Part shown: in pieces, positions 51,602-61,658 of the stretch
Layout: every line of letters begins with the position of its first letter
How positions within the stretch are numbered: position 1 is the first letter of the stretch
Source of the DNA: Candidatus Giovannonibacteria bacterium RIFCSPHIGHO2_12_FULL_44_22
GTDB lineage: Bacteria > Patescibacteriota > Minisyncoccia > UBA11713 > 2-01-FULL-45-33
Direction of reading: 5' to 3'
Assembly (NCBI GenBank): GCA_001778695.1
Contig: MFHU01000003.1
Span: 75,112 to 139,111 of the forward strand
Length of the DNA: 64,000 bases
Notes under the pieces: generated by a model
Told to the model about the DNA's origin: nothing
What the model saw: the letters and a program-made list of their open reading frames with translations, nothing else
The model's database searches: none
Position numbers and translations under genes: made by a program

Positions 51602-52537
51602 ATGAATAAGAAAAAAATTTTGGTTACGGGTATCGCCGGTTTTATTGGAAGCAATCTTGCTGATAGGCTTTTAGTAGCAGGGCACGAGGTATTAGGAATA
51701 GATAATTTATCTTATGGTTTAAAAGAACAAATCGCGCCGGAAGTAATTTTTCACAAGCTGGATATCCGGTCAAAAGATATTTATCCTCTGTTTGAGGGAA
51801 TAGACATGGTTTTTCATATGGCGGCAAAAAACTGCCTTTCTGACTGCCAAAAAGATCCGGTGGAAACGGCGGATATCAATGTCGTCGGCACGGTGAACGT
51901 TTTGGAGGCGGCCAGCCGAGCCAAGGTAAGAAAGGTCATTTACGCGGAAAGTTCGGACATGTATGGCGGCTTAAAAACCTTCCCGACCAATGAAGAAAAA
52001 ATACAGCCCGAAACTTTTTACGCGAATTCCAAAGCCGCAAGTCATTTTTTTGCCCAAAGCTACGTAAAATATCATCAGATGAATATTACTGGTCTCCGCT
52101 ATTTTAACGTTTATGGTCCGCGGCAAGACTGGCAAAGAACCGACCGGCCGATCGTGAGCGAATTTATTATCCAGCTTTTGCGCGGCGAGAGGCCGATTTT
52201 ATACGGCGAGGGTAGGCGCAGCAAGGATTATATTTATGTGGATGACATTAACGATTTTCATCTCTTGGCAATGGAAAACGACGCTACTAATGGCGAGGTA
52301 TATAATTTAGGCAGCGGCACAGCTACTAGTTTTAAGGAACTTTTGGACACCGTACAAAAGTTGTTGGGTAAGAAAGTGGAGCCTGAACTCCGCCCATCTT
52401 TGAGTTTTGGCGTGGAAAGGACAGAAGCCGATATTTCCAAAGCAAGAGCTTTAGGCTGGGAGCCGAAAACTTCTTTGGAAGAAGGATTAAGGCTAAGCAT
52501 AGATTATATTAAAAAACACGTTATCCCCAAATTATGA
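51602..52537 (+). CDS. NAD-dependent epimerase/dehydratase
   Basis: GIAGFIG, YANSK, RYFNVYGP. Confidence 0.9.
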   Translation: MNKKKILVTGIAGFIGSNLADRLLVAGHEVLGIDNLSYGLKEQIAPEVIFHKLDIRSKDIYPLFEGIDMVFHMAAKNCLSDCQKDPVETADINVVGTVNVLEAASRAKVRKVIYAESSDMYGGLKTFPTNEEKIQPETFYANSKAASHFFAQSYVKYHQMNITGLRYFNVYGPRQDWQRTDRPIVSEFIIQLLRGERPILYGEGRRSKDYIYVDDINDFHLLAMENDATNGEVYNLGSGTATSFKELLDTVQKLLGKKVEPELRPSLSFGVERTEADISKARALGWEPKTSLEEGLRLSIDYIKKHVIPKL

Positions 52538-53259
52538 AAGCCGTCATTATAGCCGGCGGTTTGAGCATTCGTTTACGGCCTTTAACCAACGACACTCCAA
52601 AGCCGATGATAGAAGTCGCAGGTCAAAATATTTTAGAGCGCGCGCTGGAACAGCTAAAAAAAGCCGGGGTGGTGGATATTATTTTAAATACTCATTACTT
52701 GGCCGATAAAATTTCTGATTATTTTGGCGATGGTTCTAAATTCGGCCTTAAGATTAAATATTTTTATGAGAAAGATTTGGTCGGCACCGCGGGGGCCATA
52801 AAGAGATTGGAAGAAAAGTTAAAAGAGCCGTTTTTAGTGATCTACGGCGACAATGTTTTTAATATGGATTTCGGAAAAATTTTAAGCATTCCGTTTGATG
52901 CCGGAAGCTTGGCGTTGATTGCGCTTTTTGATAGAAATATTAACGCCAACAGCGGAGCGGTTGGGCACGTTGTGGAAATTGACGACATGGGTTTCGTGAA
53001 AGGTTTTTGGGAAGGCACGGCGCGGCCTGACATTAATTTTATTAACGTCGGAGTTTATATTTTAAAACCGGAAATTTTTAAATATATTCCTGCCGGCGTT
53101 TTTTGCGATTTCGGCAAACATGTTTTTCCGGATTTGCTAAAAAAAGGTGTTCCAATTCAAACCTATATTATTCCTCACGGTGAGGCTGTATTTGGAGCTG
53201 ACACTTTTGAATATTTGGAAAAGACCAGAGAATACTTTGTGTCGCTTAGAGAGTTATAA
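52534..53259 (+). CDS. Sugar-1-phosphate nucleotidyltransferase (HddC-like)
   Basis: IAGGLSIRLRPLT..PKPM, GTAG, YGD; within heptose cluster. Confidence 0.85.
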   Translation: MKAVIIAGGLSIRLRPLTNDTPKPMIEVAGQNILERALEQLKKAGVVDIILNTHYLADKISDYFGDGSKFGLKIKYFYEKDLVGTAGAIKRLEEKLKEPFLVIYGDNVFNMDFGKILSIPFDAGSLALIALFDRNINANSGAVGHVVEIDDMGFVKGFWEGTARPDINFINVGVYILKPEIFKYIPAGVFCDFGKHVFPDLLKKGVPIQTYIIPHGEAVFGADTFEYLEKTREYFVSLREL

Positions 53260-53265
53260 AAATAT

Positions 53266-53883
53266 ATGCCAAAAGATCACATAGCCACATATTTGGACGA
53301 AGTCGCTGAAATCGCGAAAAAAATAGACCAAGGATCAATACATAAAACTGTTAAGATTCTGCTGGATTTAAGAGATAAAAAAGGTCGACTTTTTATTCTT
53401 GGCGTCGGCGGCTCGGCGGCCAACGCCTCGCACGCCGTTAATGATTTCCGCAAGATTGCCCATATTCAATCTTATTCGCCGACAGATAATGTCGCGGAGC
53501 TTACCGCTAGAGTAAACGATGACGGTTGGGACTCTGTTTTCGCGCGCTGGCTTCTGCGTAACCATGTAACGCCCAACGACGCAGTGATGGTGCTTTCCGT
53601 AGGCGGAGGAAACGCCGAAAAAAACGTTAGCGCGAATATTGTGCACGCGTTAAATCATGCAAAAGCCGAAGGCGCAAAGATTATCGGCATCGTGAGCCGT
53701 GATGGCGGGCATACCGCTAAAATGGCCGATGCCTGTGTTCTTGTCCCCGTCGTCAACCAGGAAAATATAACGGCGCACGCAGAATCGTGGCAGGCCGTTA
53801 TCTGGCATGCGATTGTTTTTCATCCCAAATTAAAAATGATTGAAGGAAAATGGGAATCAATTCAAAAACCGATACTGTCTTGA
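53266..53883 (+). CDS. gmhA: Sedoheptulose-7-phosphate isomerase-like SIS protein
   Basis: GVGGSAANASH, TARVND, AESWQ..H. Confidence 0.82.
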   Translation: MPKDHIATYLDEVAEIAKKIDQGSIHKTVKILLDLRDKKGRLFILGVGGSAANASHAVNDFRKIAHIQSYSPTDNVAELTARVNDDGWDSVFARWLLRNHVTPNDAVMVLSVGGGNAEKNVSANIVHALNHAKAEGAKIIGIVSRDGGHTAKMADACVLVPVVNQENITAHAESWQAVIWHAIVFHPKLKMIEGKWESIQKPILS

Positions 53884-54422
53884 GGCGGGCGGTTTTTCTT
53901 GACCGCGATGGAGTGATAAACGACACCGTGGACCGCGGCGAAAATTTTTTCGTGAAAGGCAAGCAGGTACGATGGACTGCGCCGTACAGCTACGGCGAGT
54001 TCAAATTCAAAAGCGGCGTCGCTGAATCTTTGAAAAAATTCGGCGAACTCGGCTTTCTGCGCATTATAGTCACAAATCAGCCGGATGTGAAATACGGATT
54101 TATATCGAAAAAGGAGTATGATCTTATCATGTCTGATCTTCAAAGTTTGCCGCTGGACGATATTTTTGTGTGTTTGCATGCGAGAGATGACGGATGTGAA
54201 TGCAGAAAACCGAAACCAGGCATGATAGTTGAAGCTGCGAAAAAGTGGGGAATAGATTTAGGGAAATCGCTTATGATCGGAGACGCAGAAATTGACATGG
54301 ACGCCGGGAAGGCTGTTGGGCTCCGGACTATCTTGATGGACTATGAACACAACAAAGACGTGGCGGCGGATGTGCGTGTTAAAAATTTATCAGAAGCTGT
54401 AAAATACATAAAAACAATATGA
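53850..54422 (+). CDS. gmhB: Heptose-1,7-bisphosphate phosphatase (HAD IIIA)
   Basis: FLDRDGVIN, VTNQ, CLH..CECRKPKPGM, MIGD. Confidence 0.88.
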   Translation: MGINSKTDTVLRRAVFLDRDGVINDTVDRGENFFVKGKQVRWTAPYSYGEFKFKSGVAESLKKFGELGFLRIIVTNQPDVKYGFISKKEYDLIMSDLQSLPLDDIFVCLHARDDGCECRKPKPGMIVEAAKKWGIDLGKSLMIGDAEIDMDAGKAVGLRTILMDYEHNKDVAADVRVKNLSEAVKYIKTI

Positions 54423-55153
54423 AAATTTTTATTGATAGCGCCAATTTAACGGATATTGAGGAGGGTTTAAAACGCGGCTTCGCGCAAGGAATTACGACTA
54501 ATCCCTCGCTTCTCGCCAAAGAGCCCAAGTCTTCTTTTGAGGCACATATCGGAAAAATTATTGAACTGATTAAAAAATACCAGCCGGGAATTCATTTAAG
54601 CGTTGAGGTTTTTTCGCGCGACCAGAAAACAATTTTAGAGCAAGCCCAGAAATTTATAAAACAATTTGCTTATCCGCAGATGAGCGTTAAGGTTCAGGTG
54701 GGATGGGATGAGTTGGAGACAATTAAAAAATTGAGCGCCGCTGGAATTTCCGTAAATTGCACAGCTTGCATGAGCGTGACGCAAGCGGTTATGGCCGCCC
54801 GTGCGGGCGCGAAATACGTCAGTTTATTTTGGGGGCGTATTCGCGATGGCGGATTGGATTTTGATATGCCGCGGGCGCGCGATGCGGCTTTTGCGAAGAA
54901 GGCCTTGGACAAAAATGATTTTGATCCTTTCTGGGTTGTTAAATCAACGCGCCAGATTTTGGACCAGGACAAAATTCCTTCCGAAATCATCGCGGGAAGC
55001 ATGAGGGGCGCGGTTGATGTCCGAGACGCTAGACTTGCCGGAGCGCATATCGTAACCGTCCCTCCCAAATTTTTCCCAGACATGATTTCTCACTTCAAAA
55101 CCGACCAAGTCGTCAACCAATTTTTGACTGATTTTGAGAAGTGGCTAAGTTAA
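54419..55153 (+). CDS. Transaldolase family protein (short TalC type)
   Basis: GITTNPSL, SVEV, Schiff-base Lys in SVKV, YVSLFWGR. Confidence 0.85.
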   Translation: MKIFIDSANLTDIEEGLKRGFAQGITTNPSLLAKEPKSSFEAHIGKIIELIKKYQPGIHLSVEVFSRDQKTILEQAQKFIKQFAYPQMSVKVQVGWDELETIKKLSAAGISVNCTACMSVTQAVMAARAGAKYVSLFWGRIRDGGLDFDMPRARDAAFAKKALDKNDFDPFWVVKSTRQILDQDKIPSEIIAGSMRGAVDVRDARLAGAHIVTVPPKFFPDMISHFKTDQVVNQFLTDFEKWLS

Positions 55154-56886
55154 TTTATCAAGAACATTTTTGGGGGATTCTTGCGGCTTTTATAGTTGGT
55201 ATCATTTGCATTGCTCCGCAAATTGTTTTTATTATTTCCTTGGGAGATCAATACCGCGGCATTCCGATGATGCAGACGCCCAACGAAGAGGCATATCTGG
55301 CGATAATCAGGGAGGTCAACGAGGGCCATATCTTAGCCGCGTCTTTCCCGTTTTTTGAATATAAAAATTCCCTGCCACTTCTTCCGCCGACCATACCTAT
55401 TTTCTACGCGTTTTTTGCCTGGCTGTTTAATCTGAATTTGGTTAATCTCTTAATCGCCAGCAAATTTATTTTACCAGCTGTCTTATTTTTTCTGGTTTAT
55501 CTCCTGATTTACAAACTGGAGGGCGAGCCAGCCGAATGGCAAGGAAAGTTAAACGCGATTGCCGGAGGACTCGCGGTTGTTCTGGGGTTTGATTTAGTTG
55601 ATTACCGAACAGCGCTTTCTTTTTTATTCGGAGCGGATTCTCCGCAAAATTTTTTGATATGGACTCGTCCGGTTAATCCAATATCTGGAGCCGTGCTTCT
55701 TTTTATTTTTTTGATAGGGCTTTTAGAGTTGGTTGAAAAAAACAAGAAATTTTGGATTTGGATTTCCGGACTCGCTTTAGCGCTTATGACGGCGAGCTAT
55801 GTTTTTAGCTGGACTTTGGCGCTTGCCGTCACAGGACTTTTGGGTTTGTTTTATCTCGTTGAAAAACGATTTGACGCGATAAGAAACTTGTTAAAAGTCG
55901 TCGTTTTGGTGATTATCTTTTCCCTGCCTTACTGGATTATGGTCTGGTCTTCTTCGCTGGCGCCTGGGTTTGTGGACGCGGCGGGCCGGATTGGGACGAT
56001 TTACACTCATCAGCCGGTACTGAATAAATTTTTATTTTTTGTTTTAATAATTTTTGCGACCGCGTCATTTTTCTTTAAAAAAGAGCTCAAGGGCAATAAG
56101 CCGCTCTGGTGGTTATTTTCCGCGGCTTTTATTTTAGGCGGGTTTATTGTTTATAATCATCAGATTTTAACCGGAATTGATGTTTGGCACTATCACTATG
56201 TTTTTTACACTATCCCCTTGGGTTTAGTAGTTTTATCGCTTACCCTTTGGCATTATTTGCGTCCGAAATTACCTTCGGTTTGGTTAGCGATCGTTTATGT
56301 TATTATATTTTCTTCTTCGGCATTTGGCATTTACACGCAAATGGCGGTTTTTGGAAATAATTTTCAAAGCTATAAGGATTTTCAGCGCCACGCTGCTTTA
56401 ACAGATTTTTTAAACAGCAGCGGGAAAAATGGCTGTGTTGTGCTGTCAAATAAACATGACGGGCTATGGCCCAATTTTATTCCGGCGTTTACTTCTTGCG
56501 ACATGTACACATCCGGCGAGATAGAAAATATGGTGCCGCGGGAGCGCCTATATCATAATTATCTTGTTTTATTGCGGCTTAAAGGCGTGGCGGCTTCAGA
56601 AATAGATTCCTATCTTAAAAACAACAGGAATGAGGCATACGGTTTTTTGCGCTCGCAAATTTTTGATGCCGATGTTTATCCGGACGCAAAGTTCCGTGAA
56701 GCATTTGGGCGCCTGCCGGCAAATTATCGGGAGTTTTTGAAGAAAGATTTTCGCGACGAACTTTTTAAATACCGCTTGGATTATATTTTGTCCGATGGCG
56801 CGCTCAGAGAAACAGTTGTTAAGTCTTTGTCTTTAGAAAAGATTTTTAACGTGGACAATATGTTTCTTTATTCTTTCATTAAATAA
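55141..56886 (+). CDS. Multi-TM membrane protein, probable GT-C
   Basis: NEE.Y acidic motif after TM1, many TMs, soluble C-terminus. Confidence 0.6.
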   Translation: MAKLIYQEHFWGILAAFIVGIICIAPQIVFIISLGDQYRGIPMMQTPNEEAYLAIIREVNEGHILAASFPFFEYKNSLPLLPPTIPIFYAFFAWLFNLNLVNLLIASKFILPAVLFFLVYLLIYKLEGEPAEWQGKLNAIAGGLAVVLGFDLVDYRTALSFLFGADSPQNFLIWTRPVNPISGAVLLFIFLIGLLELVEKNKKFWIWISGLALALMTASYVFSWTLALAVTGLLGLFYLVEKRFDAIRNLLKVVVLVIIFSLPYWIMVWSSSLAPGFVDAAGRIGTIYTHQPVLNKFLFFVLIIFATASFFFKKELKGNKPLWWLFSAAFILGGFIVYNHQILTGIDVWHYHYVFYTIPLGLVVLSLTLWHYLRPKLPSVWLAIVYVIIFSSSAFGIYTQMAVFGNNFQSYKDFQRHAALTDFLNSSGKNGCVVLSNKHDGLWPNFIPAFTSCDMYTSGEIENMVPRERLYHNYLVLLRLKGVAASEIDSYLKNNRNEAYGFLRSQIFDADVYPDAKFREAFGRLPANYREFLKKDFRDELFKYRLDYILSDGALRETVVKSLSLEKIFNVDNMFLYSFIK

Positions 56887-56897
56887 AAAAAGGGCGG

Positions 56898-58415
56898 TTA
56901 GGACGCCCTGTCGGCGCGGGATTTGAGCCGCGCGGCAACGTATTCTGGAGTGTTTACCTCCCGCCATGCGCTTTCTCTTATTTCAATAAGCTTGTCGGGC
57001 GGGATGATGGTATTTTTCATCATCACATTCATCCAGTTCATTTTATCTGGATCAAAATTTTGATCAAGATGGTTTTGCGCGAGAGCTATTTCATAAAGCC
57101 TGCTTCCCGGAAATGGGATGGGGATAAAAAATGCGCAGTACGGAGCGCCAGCTTCCACAAGTCGCTTTCCAAGTTCTATGGTTTGGCGAATCTCGTTTTT
57201 GGTTTCGTCAGGAAAGCCGATCATCATATTGATTGGACATTTAATGCCTAGGCGGGAAGCAATGCGTACCAATTCGACAACATCCAGTCTATCCAGGTTT
57301 AACTTTGCTGTTGCGTATTTATCTAAGATCCGCTGCGATCCAGATTCCACCGGGAAGGAAATCTCGTCAAATCCGGCGTTCTTTAAAAGTTCAAGGTATT
57401 CCACATCAATTTTCAATCTACCGCTATGCTTGTGCTGAAAATGAATAAGGTTGACTCCGTTGATGGCAGCGATTTCCAGTCCCATACCAAGCACACTTTC
57501 AAAGATAGTTTTTACTCGACTTTTTTTGGCAAGAAGACTGTCATCCTCAAAAAAGAGTTTTTTAACACCGAGATTTCGCAAGCGTTCCACTTCTTCCAAA
57601 ACGCGCTCCACTGATTTTAAGCGCAAAGAACCAATGCCTCCACTGCCAGCCGAATCCACTTTTTCCATAGAGATATGACAGTAGAGACACTCAAAAGGGC
57701 AACCGCGGGATGTCATAATGGGCGCGTAGCGCGCTTTTTGTGGCGAATCGGCGCCGCTTCGAGACGAGGTAATCGCGTCATAATGCTTGAAGAGAAGTTT
57801 ATCCCAAGCGGGAATCGGTAGGTCATCCAGATTAGCGTATGCGTCTCCCGGCATAACGGCGTTTTTTAGATGTTGTTCGCCTGTTTTATATAACACGCCA
57901 GACACTTTTTCAAATCCGCGGCCTCGCGCTAATTCTTCCGCTGTCCTGACAATAATTTTTTCTGCTTCCGTCAGGCAAACGGCGTCCACATGGTCGCTAT
58001 CCAAAAAACATTTTGCCAGATTTCTGGCGTTCACTCCACCGACAATAACTTTGATGTCAGCGCTACCGCTCTTCGCAATTGCGGCGACTTCCAACGCCAT
58101 GCGGGTTTGGGCGGTGAAATTTGAATTGATGCCTACGCACGCGTACCCGCCCTTCGCAATAAATTCCCGCAACCGCTCTTGCGACATTCCTATGCGAATC
58201 AGTCCGTTTGGCTGCCTTACGGCGCGGTAGAAAGTTTCTGTTAATTCGTCGTCTGCGTTGCCGACAGAAACGTCTAAAACGTCTGTTTCAAAGCCGGCGC
58301 GCTGAAGCGCGCTGGCAAGATACAGGAGGCCTAACGAACCGTCCGGCCTCGGAACCTCTATATCCATCAGCTGGTTTGGCGGATATACCAATAGAATTTT
58401 TGGATTCCTAATCAT
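56898..58415 (-). CDS. Cobalamin-binding radical SAM protein
   Basis: N-terminal LGLLYLAS..VGG B12 domain; SRGCPFECLYC; VESGSQ; MIGFPDET. Confidence 0.9.
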   Translation of the reverse strand: MIRNPKILLVYPPNQLMDIEVPRPDGSLGLLYLASALQRAGFETDVLDVSVGNADDELTETFYRAVRQPNGLIRIGMSQERLREFIAKGGYACVGINSNFTAQTRMALEVAAIAKSGSADIKVIVGGVNARNLAKCFLDSDHVDAVCLTEAEKIIVRTAEELARGRGFEKVSGVLYKTGEQHLKNAVMPGDAYANLDDLPIPAWDKLLFKHYDAITSSRSGADSPQKARYAPIMTSRGCPFECLYCHISMEKVDSAGSGGIGSLRLKSVERVLEEVERLRNLGVKKLFFEDDSLLAKKSRVKTIFESVLGMGLEIAAINGVNLIHFQHKHSGRLKIDVEYLELLKNAGFDEISFPVESGSQRILDKYATAKLNLDRLDVVELVRIASRLGIKCPINMMIGFPDETKNEIRQTIELGKRLVEAGAPYCAFFIPIPFPGSRLYEIALAQNHLDQNFDPDKMNWMNVMMKNTIIPPDKLIEIRESAWREVNTPEYVAARLKSRADRAS

Positions 58416-58506
58416 TGTTTCCTCCTAAATTTACAAAGATACCTTTTTCATTCTACAGAGTTTTATAGTTAAAGTCAATTATGCTATTATTCAACAACTC
58501 ATTATT

Positions 58507-59193
58507 ATGAAAGCAGTCATTTTAGCGGCAGGAGAAAGCAAGCGGATGCTGCCTCTTACATTATCGGTCCCCAAGCCGTTACTGCGCATCGGCGGCAAGG
58601 TTGTTTTGGATTATATTTTTGACGCGTTGCCGGAAGAGGTTGATCAGGTTATAATTGTAGTCGGGTATCTTAAGAAAAAAATTCAACAGCATTTCGGAGT
58701 AAAATATCAAGGTAAGTCCATACGTTACGTTGTGCAAAATACTTTAAATGGTTCGGGCCCCGCATTGCTTTGTTGTAAAGATTTATTTTCTCCAGGCGAG
58801 AGATTTTTAGTTATGTACGCTGATGATATGCCCAATCGTAAAGAAATCGCTGAATGTCTAAAGCATGAGTACAGCTGGCTTTGTGTCACAACCAACAACT
58901 CCAAGCAGAACGGAGAAGCTGTTGTTTCTGATGACGGTTATATTTTGGAAGTTGTTGAAAAACCGGAGCACCCAGTATCAAATATTGTGGCTGTCGGCAC
59001 GATGGTTGTAAATAGCGATATTTTTTCTTATGCTCCGATTCAGCATCCTAATGGAGAATATTATCTCACACCATTAATGAGCCAATTCGCGGCATCTCAC
59101 AAAATCAAAGCGGTTTACGGTAGGCAAAGGCCTGGTTTTCTTTCACCGGATGAAATAGAAAAAATTAATCTTAACATTTCCGATTGGGTATGA
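58507..59193 (+). CDS. NDP-sugar nucleotidyltransferase
   Basis: AVILAAGESKRMLPLT..PKPL, EKP. Confidence 0.88.
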   Translation: MKAVILAAGESKRMLPLTLSVPKPLLRIGGKVVLDYIFDALPEEVDQVIIVVGYLKKKIQQHFGVKYQGKSIRYVVQNTLNGSGPALLCCKDLFSPGERFLVMYADDMPNRKEIAECLKHEYSWLCVTTNNSKQNGEAVVSDDGYILEVVEKPEHPVSNIVAVGTMVVNSDIFSYAPIQHPNGEYYLTPLMSQFAASHKIKAVYGRQRPGFLSPDEIEKINLNISDWV

Positions 59194-60119
59194 TTTCTAT
59201 TATTGTTCCAGCTTTTAATATCGCGAATAATTTAGATAAGCTGCATCGCCGGCTGGTCTTGGTGTCGGAATCTTTAAATGAACCTTATGAAATAATTATA
59301 ATTGACAGCGGTTCTACCGACGGGACGCGCCAAAAACTTATAAAACTTTCTCCTATAACCGCGGTTTTGCTTTCCCGAAATTTCGGCCGGAACGCGGCAT
59401 ATGATGCCGGATTTAAAATGGCCGTCGGCGACTTTGTTGTGACATTTAGCGGGGATATGGAAAATAATCCCGAAGACATAAAAAAAATCGTGGATAAATT
59501 GCGCGAAGGATACGGCGTTGTGTCTGGCTGGCGCCAAAATCGCCAAGATGTTTTTTACCGCAAATTATTTTCTCGTTTCGCGAACTGGTTAGTAAGTAAA
59601 ATAAGCGGAGTTAAACTGCGCGACTTTCATTCGTCTCTGAAAGGATATCGCAGGGAATTTATTGATGGCGTTCAGATTCTGGGAGAAACTTTTATTTTTA
59701 TGCCCATCTTTGCCCATGACCGCGGGGCGCGCGTTGCCGAAATAGAAATAAGTTCAGCTAATGGAGAGGCCCAAAAATCACGGAGGAAGATCTCCGAAAT
59801 GGCCGAACTCTTTTTTGATTTAATCAGCGTGAAGTTTTTGCTTAATTATTTTTCCCAACCCTTGAGATTTTTCGGCAAATGGTCGCTATTTTCTTTGTTT
59901 CTGGCGGCCTCGACTTTCATCTGGGCTATTATCATGAAGATATTGGGCATCAACGATTTTAGCACAACCCCATTGCCTGTGATAAGCACTATGTTCGTTG
60001 TTCTTTCGGTTACGCTTTTTATGATGGGATTTATCACGGAAATTTTACTGCGCATTTACTACGACCGCAAAGACAACGCCCCTTATATGATTTACGAGGT
60101 TGTGAAGAATAAAAAGTAA
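59190..60119 (+). CDS. GT2 (ArnC/GtrB-like), degenerate acidic motifs
   Basis: Paralogue of 47723; IDSGSTD, FSGDMEN, two C-terminal TMs. Confidence 0.82.
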   Translation: MISIIVPAFNIANNLDKLHRRLVLVSESLNEPYEIIIIDSGSTDGTRQKLIKLSPITAVLLSRNFGRNAAYDAGFKMAVGDFVVTFSGDMENNPEDIKKIVDKLREGYGVVSGWRQNRQDVFYRKLFSRFANWLVSKISGVKLRDFHSSLKGYRREFIDGVQILGETFIFMPIFAHDRGARVAEIEISSANGEAQKSRRKISEMAELFFDLISVKFLLNYFSQPLRFFGKWSLFSLFLAASTFIWAIIMKILGINDFSTTPLPVISTMFVVLSVTLFMMGFITEILLRIYYDRKDNAPYMIYEVVKNKK

Positions 60120-60541
60120 TGCGTCGGCTAATTATCAGTTTCGGCAAATATGGCGCTATCGGAGTCCTCAATGTGTTTTTAAGCTTAGGGATTTTTAATT
60201 TTTTGGTTTGGACAACCGGCATAGCGACGGGGTGGTGGGCAGATGTTTTTATAGTGGCGGCTTTTGTCATCACAGTTACCCACAGTTTTTTTTGGAATAA
60301 GTTTTGGGTTTTTGAATTCGACAATACCGAGAAGGCAAAAAGAGAATATGCAAAATTCTTTTTGGTGACTGGTATGACTTCCGGGTTGAACACTGTTTTA
60401 TTTCATATAATTATTAATGTGATAGGAGCGCCTGCGAATATAAACCAAACGCTTTGGGCCAACATCGCTTTGGTTTCGCTGATTCCCGTTTCCGTTTTGG
60501 GCAACTTCGCCGGTTATAAGCTGATTGTTTTTAAGAAATAA
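60119..60541 (+). CDS. GtrA-like flippase
   Basis: 140 aa, 4 TM, FFWNKFWVF. Confidence 0.85.
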   Translation: MRRLIISFGKYGAIGVLNVFLSLGIFNFLVWTTGIATGWWADVFIVAAFVITVTHSFFWNKFWVFEFDNTEKAKREYAKFFLVTGMTSGLNTVLFHIIINVIGAPANINQTLWANIALVSLIPVSVLGNFAGYKLIVFKK

Positions 60542-60551
60542 ATTTTGAATT

Positions 60552-61658
60552 ATGAAAATAGAATTCATAGATTTGAAAAAACAATATCAGTCGCTTAAAA
60601 ACGAATTGGATGGCGCTATAGCGCGAGTTCTGGATAAGGGGATTTTTGTTTTAGGAGAGGAAGTGGAAAATTTCAGCCGGGAATTCGCGCGGTTTTGCGG
60701 CGCCAAACACTGTATTGCCGTAGCTTCCGGGACGGACGCTCTTTATCTGTCGCTAAAAGCTCTGGGAGTCGGCAAGGGAGATGAGGTAATTACGGCGCCT
60801 AATTCTTTCGTAGCGACAGCAATGGCAATTTCGTTAACCGAGGCAAAACCGGTTTTTATTGATATTAATCCGTTAACTTACAATATTGACGCGGCTAAAA
60901 TTGAAGAAAAAATAACTCCCAAAACAAAAGCCATTATTCCCGTTCATTTATATGGCCAGCCGGCGGATATGGATGAAGTTTTTGAAATTGCCAGCAAATA
61001 TAATCTTAAAATTTTAGAAGACGCATGCCAAGCCCATGGCGCTGAATATAAAAATAAAAAGACAGGAACTTTAGGAGACATCGCGGCTTTTAGTTTCGGC
61101 CCGCCTAAGCCGCTGGGCGCTTACGGCGACGGGGGGGCAGTGGTTACCAATGACGATGCGTTAGCCGAGAAGGTTTCAATTTATAAAAATTACGGCGCGC
61201 CCAAAAGAGATAATTATTTATTGGTTGGCATTAATTCCAGATTGGATGCTTTGCAGGCGGCGATATTGAAGGTTAAATTGAAATATCTTGATAAGTGGAA
61301 CGAGATGCGCAGAAATAACGCTAAACTATACGATAGATACTTGGAGGGTGTAGCGGAGATTACAAGGCCTATGATTTTAAGCCATAATAGATCGGCTTTC
61401 CACTTGTATGTGGTTAGGGCCAGAAATCGGGACAGCTTGGCGGAATATCTCAAAACAAAACAGATTCCCGCGCTTATACATTATCCTCGGCCGATTCATC
61501 TTCAATCTGGCTACGCGGCGCTTGGCTATAAAAAGAGCGATTTTCCTGTCACTGAAAGGGCGGCGGAGGAAATTTTATCGCTGCCAATATTTCCGGAATT
61601 GCTGGAAAACGAAATCGGCTATATCGCCGAGAATATTAAGAGGTTTTACGGGCTATGA
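60552..61658 (+). CDS. DegT/DnrJ/EryC1/StrS aminotransferase
   Basis: SGTDAL, PVHLYGQ, EDACQAHG, SFGPPKPLGAYGDGG. Confidence 0.93.
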   Translation: MKIEFIDLKKQYQSLKNELDGAIARVLDKGIFVLGEEVENFSREFARFCGAKHCIAVASGTDALYLSLKALGVGKGDEVITAPNSFVATAMAISLTEAKPVFIDINPLTYNIDAAKIEEKITPKTKAIIPVHLYGQPADMDEVFEIASKYNLKILEDACQAHGAEYKNKKTGTLGDIAAFSFGPPKPLGAYGDGGAVVTNDDALAEKVSIYKNYGAPKRDNYLLVGINSRLDALQAAILKVKLKYLDKWNEMRRNNAKLYDRYLEGVAEITRPMILSHNRSAFHLYVVRARNRDSLAEYLKTKQIPALIHYPRPIHLQSGYAALGYKKSDFPVTERAAEEILSLPIFPELLENEIGYIAENIKRFYGL

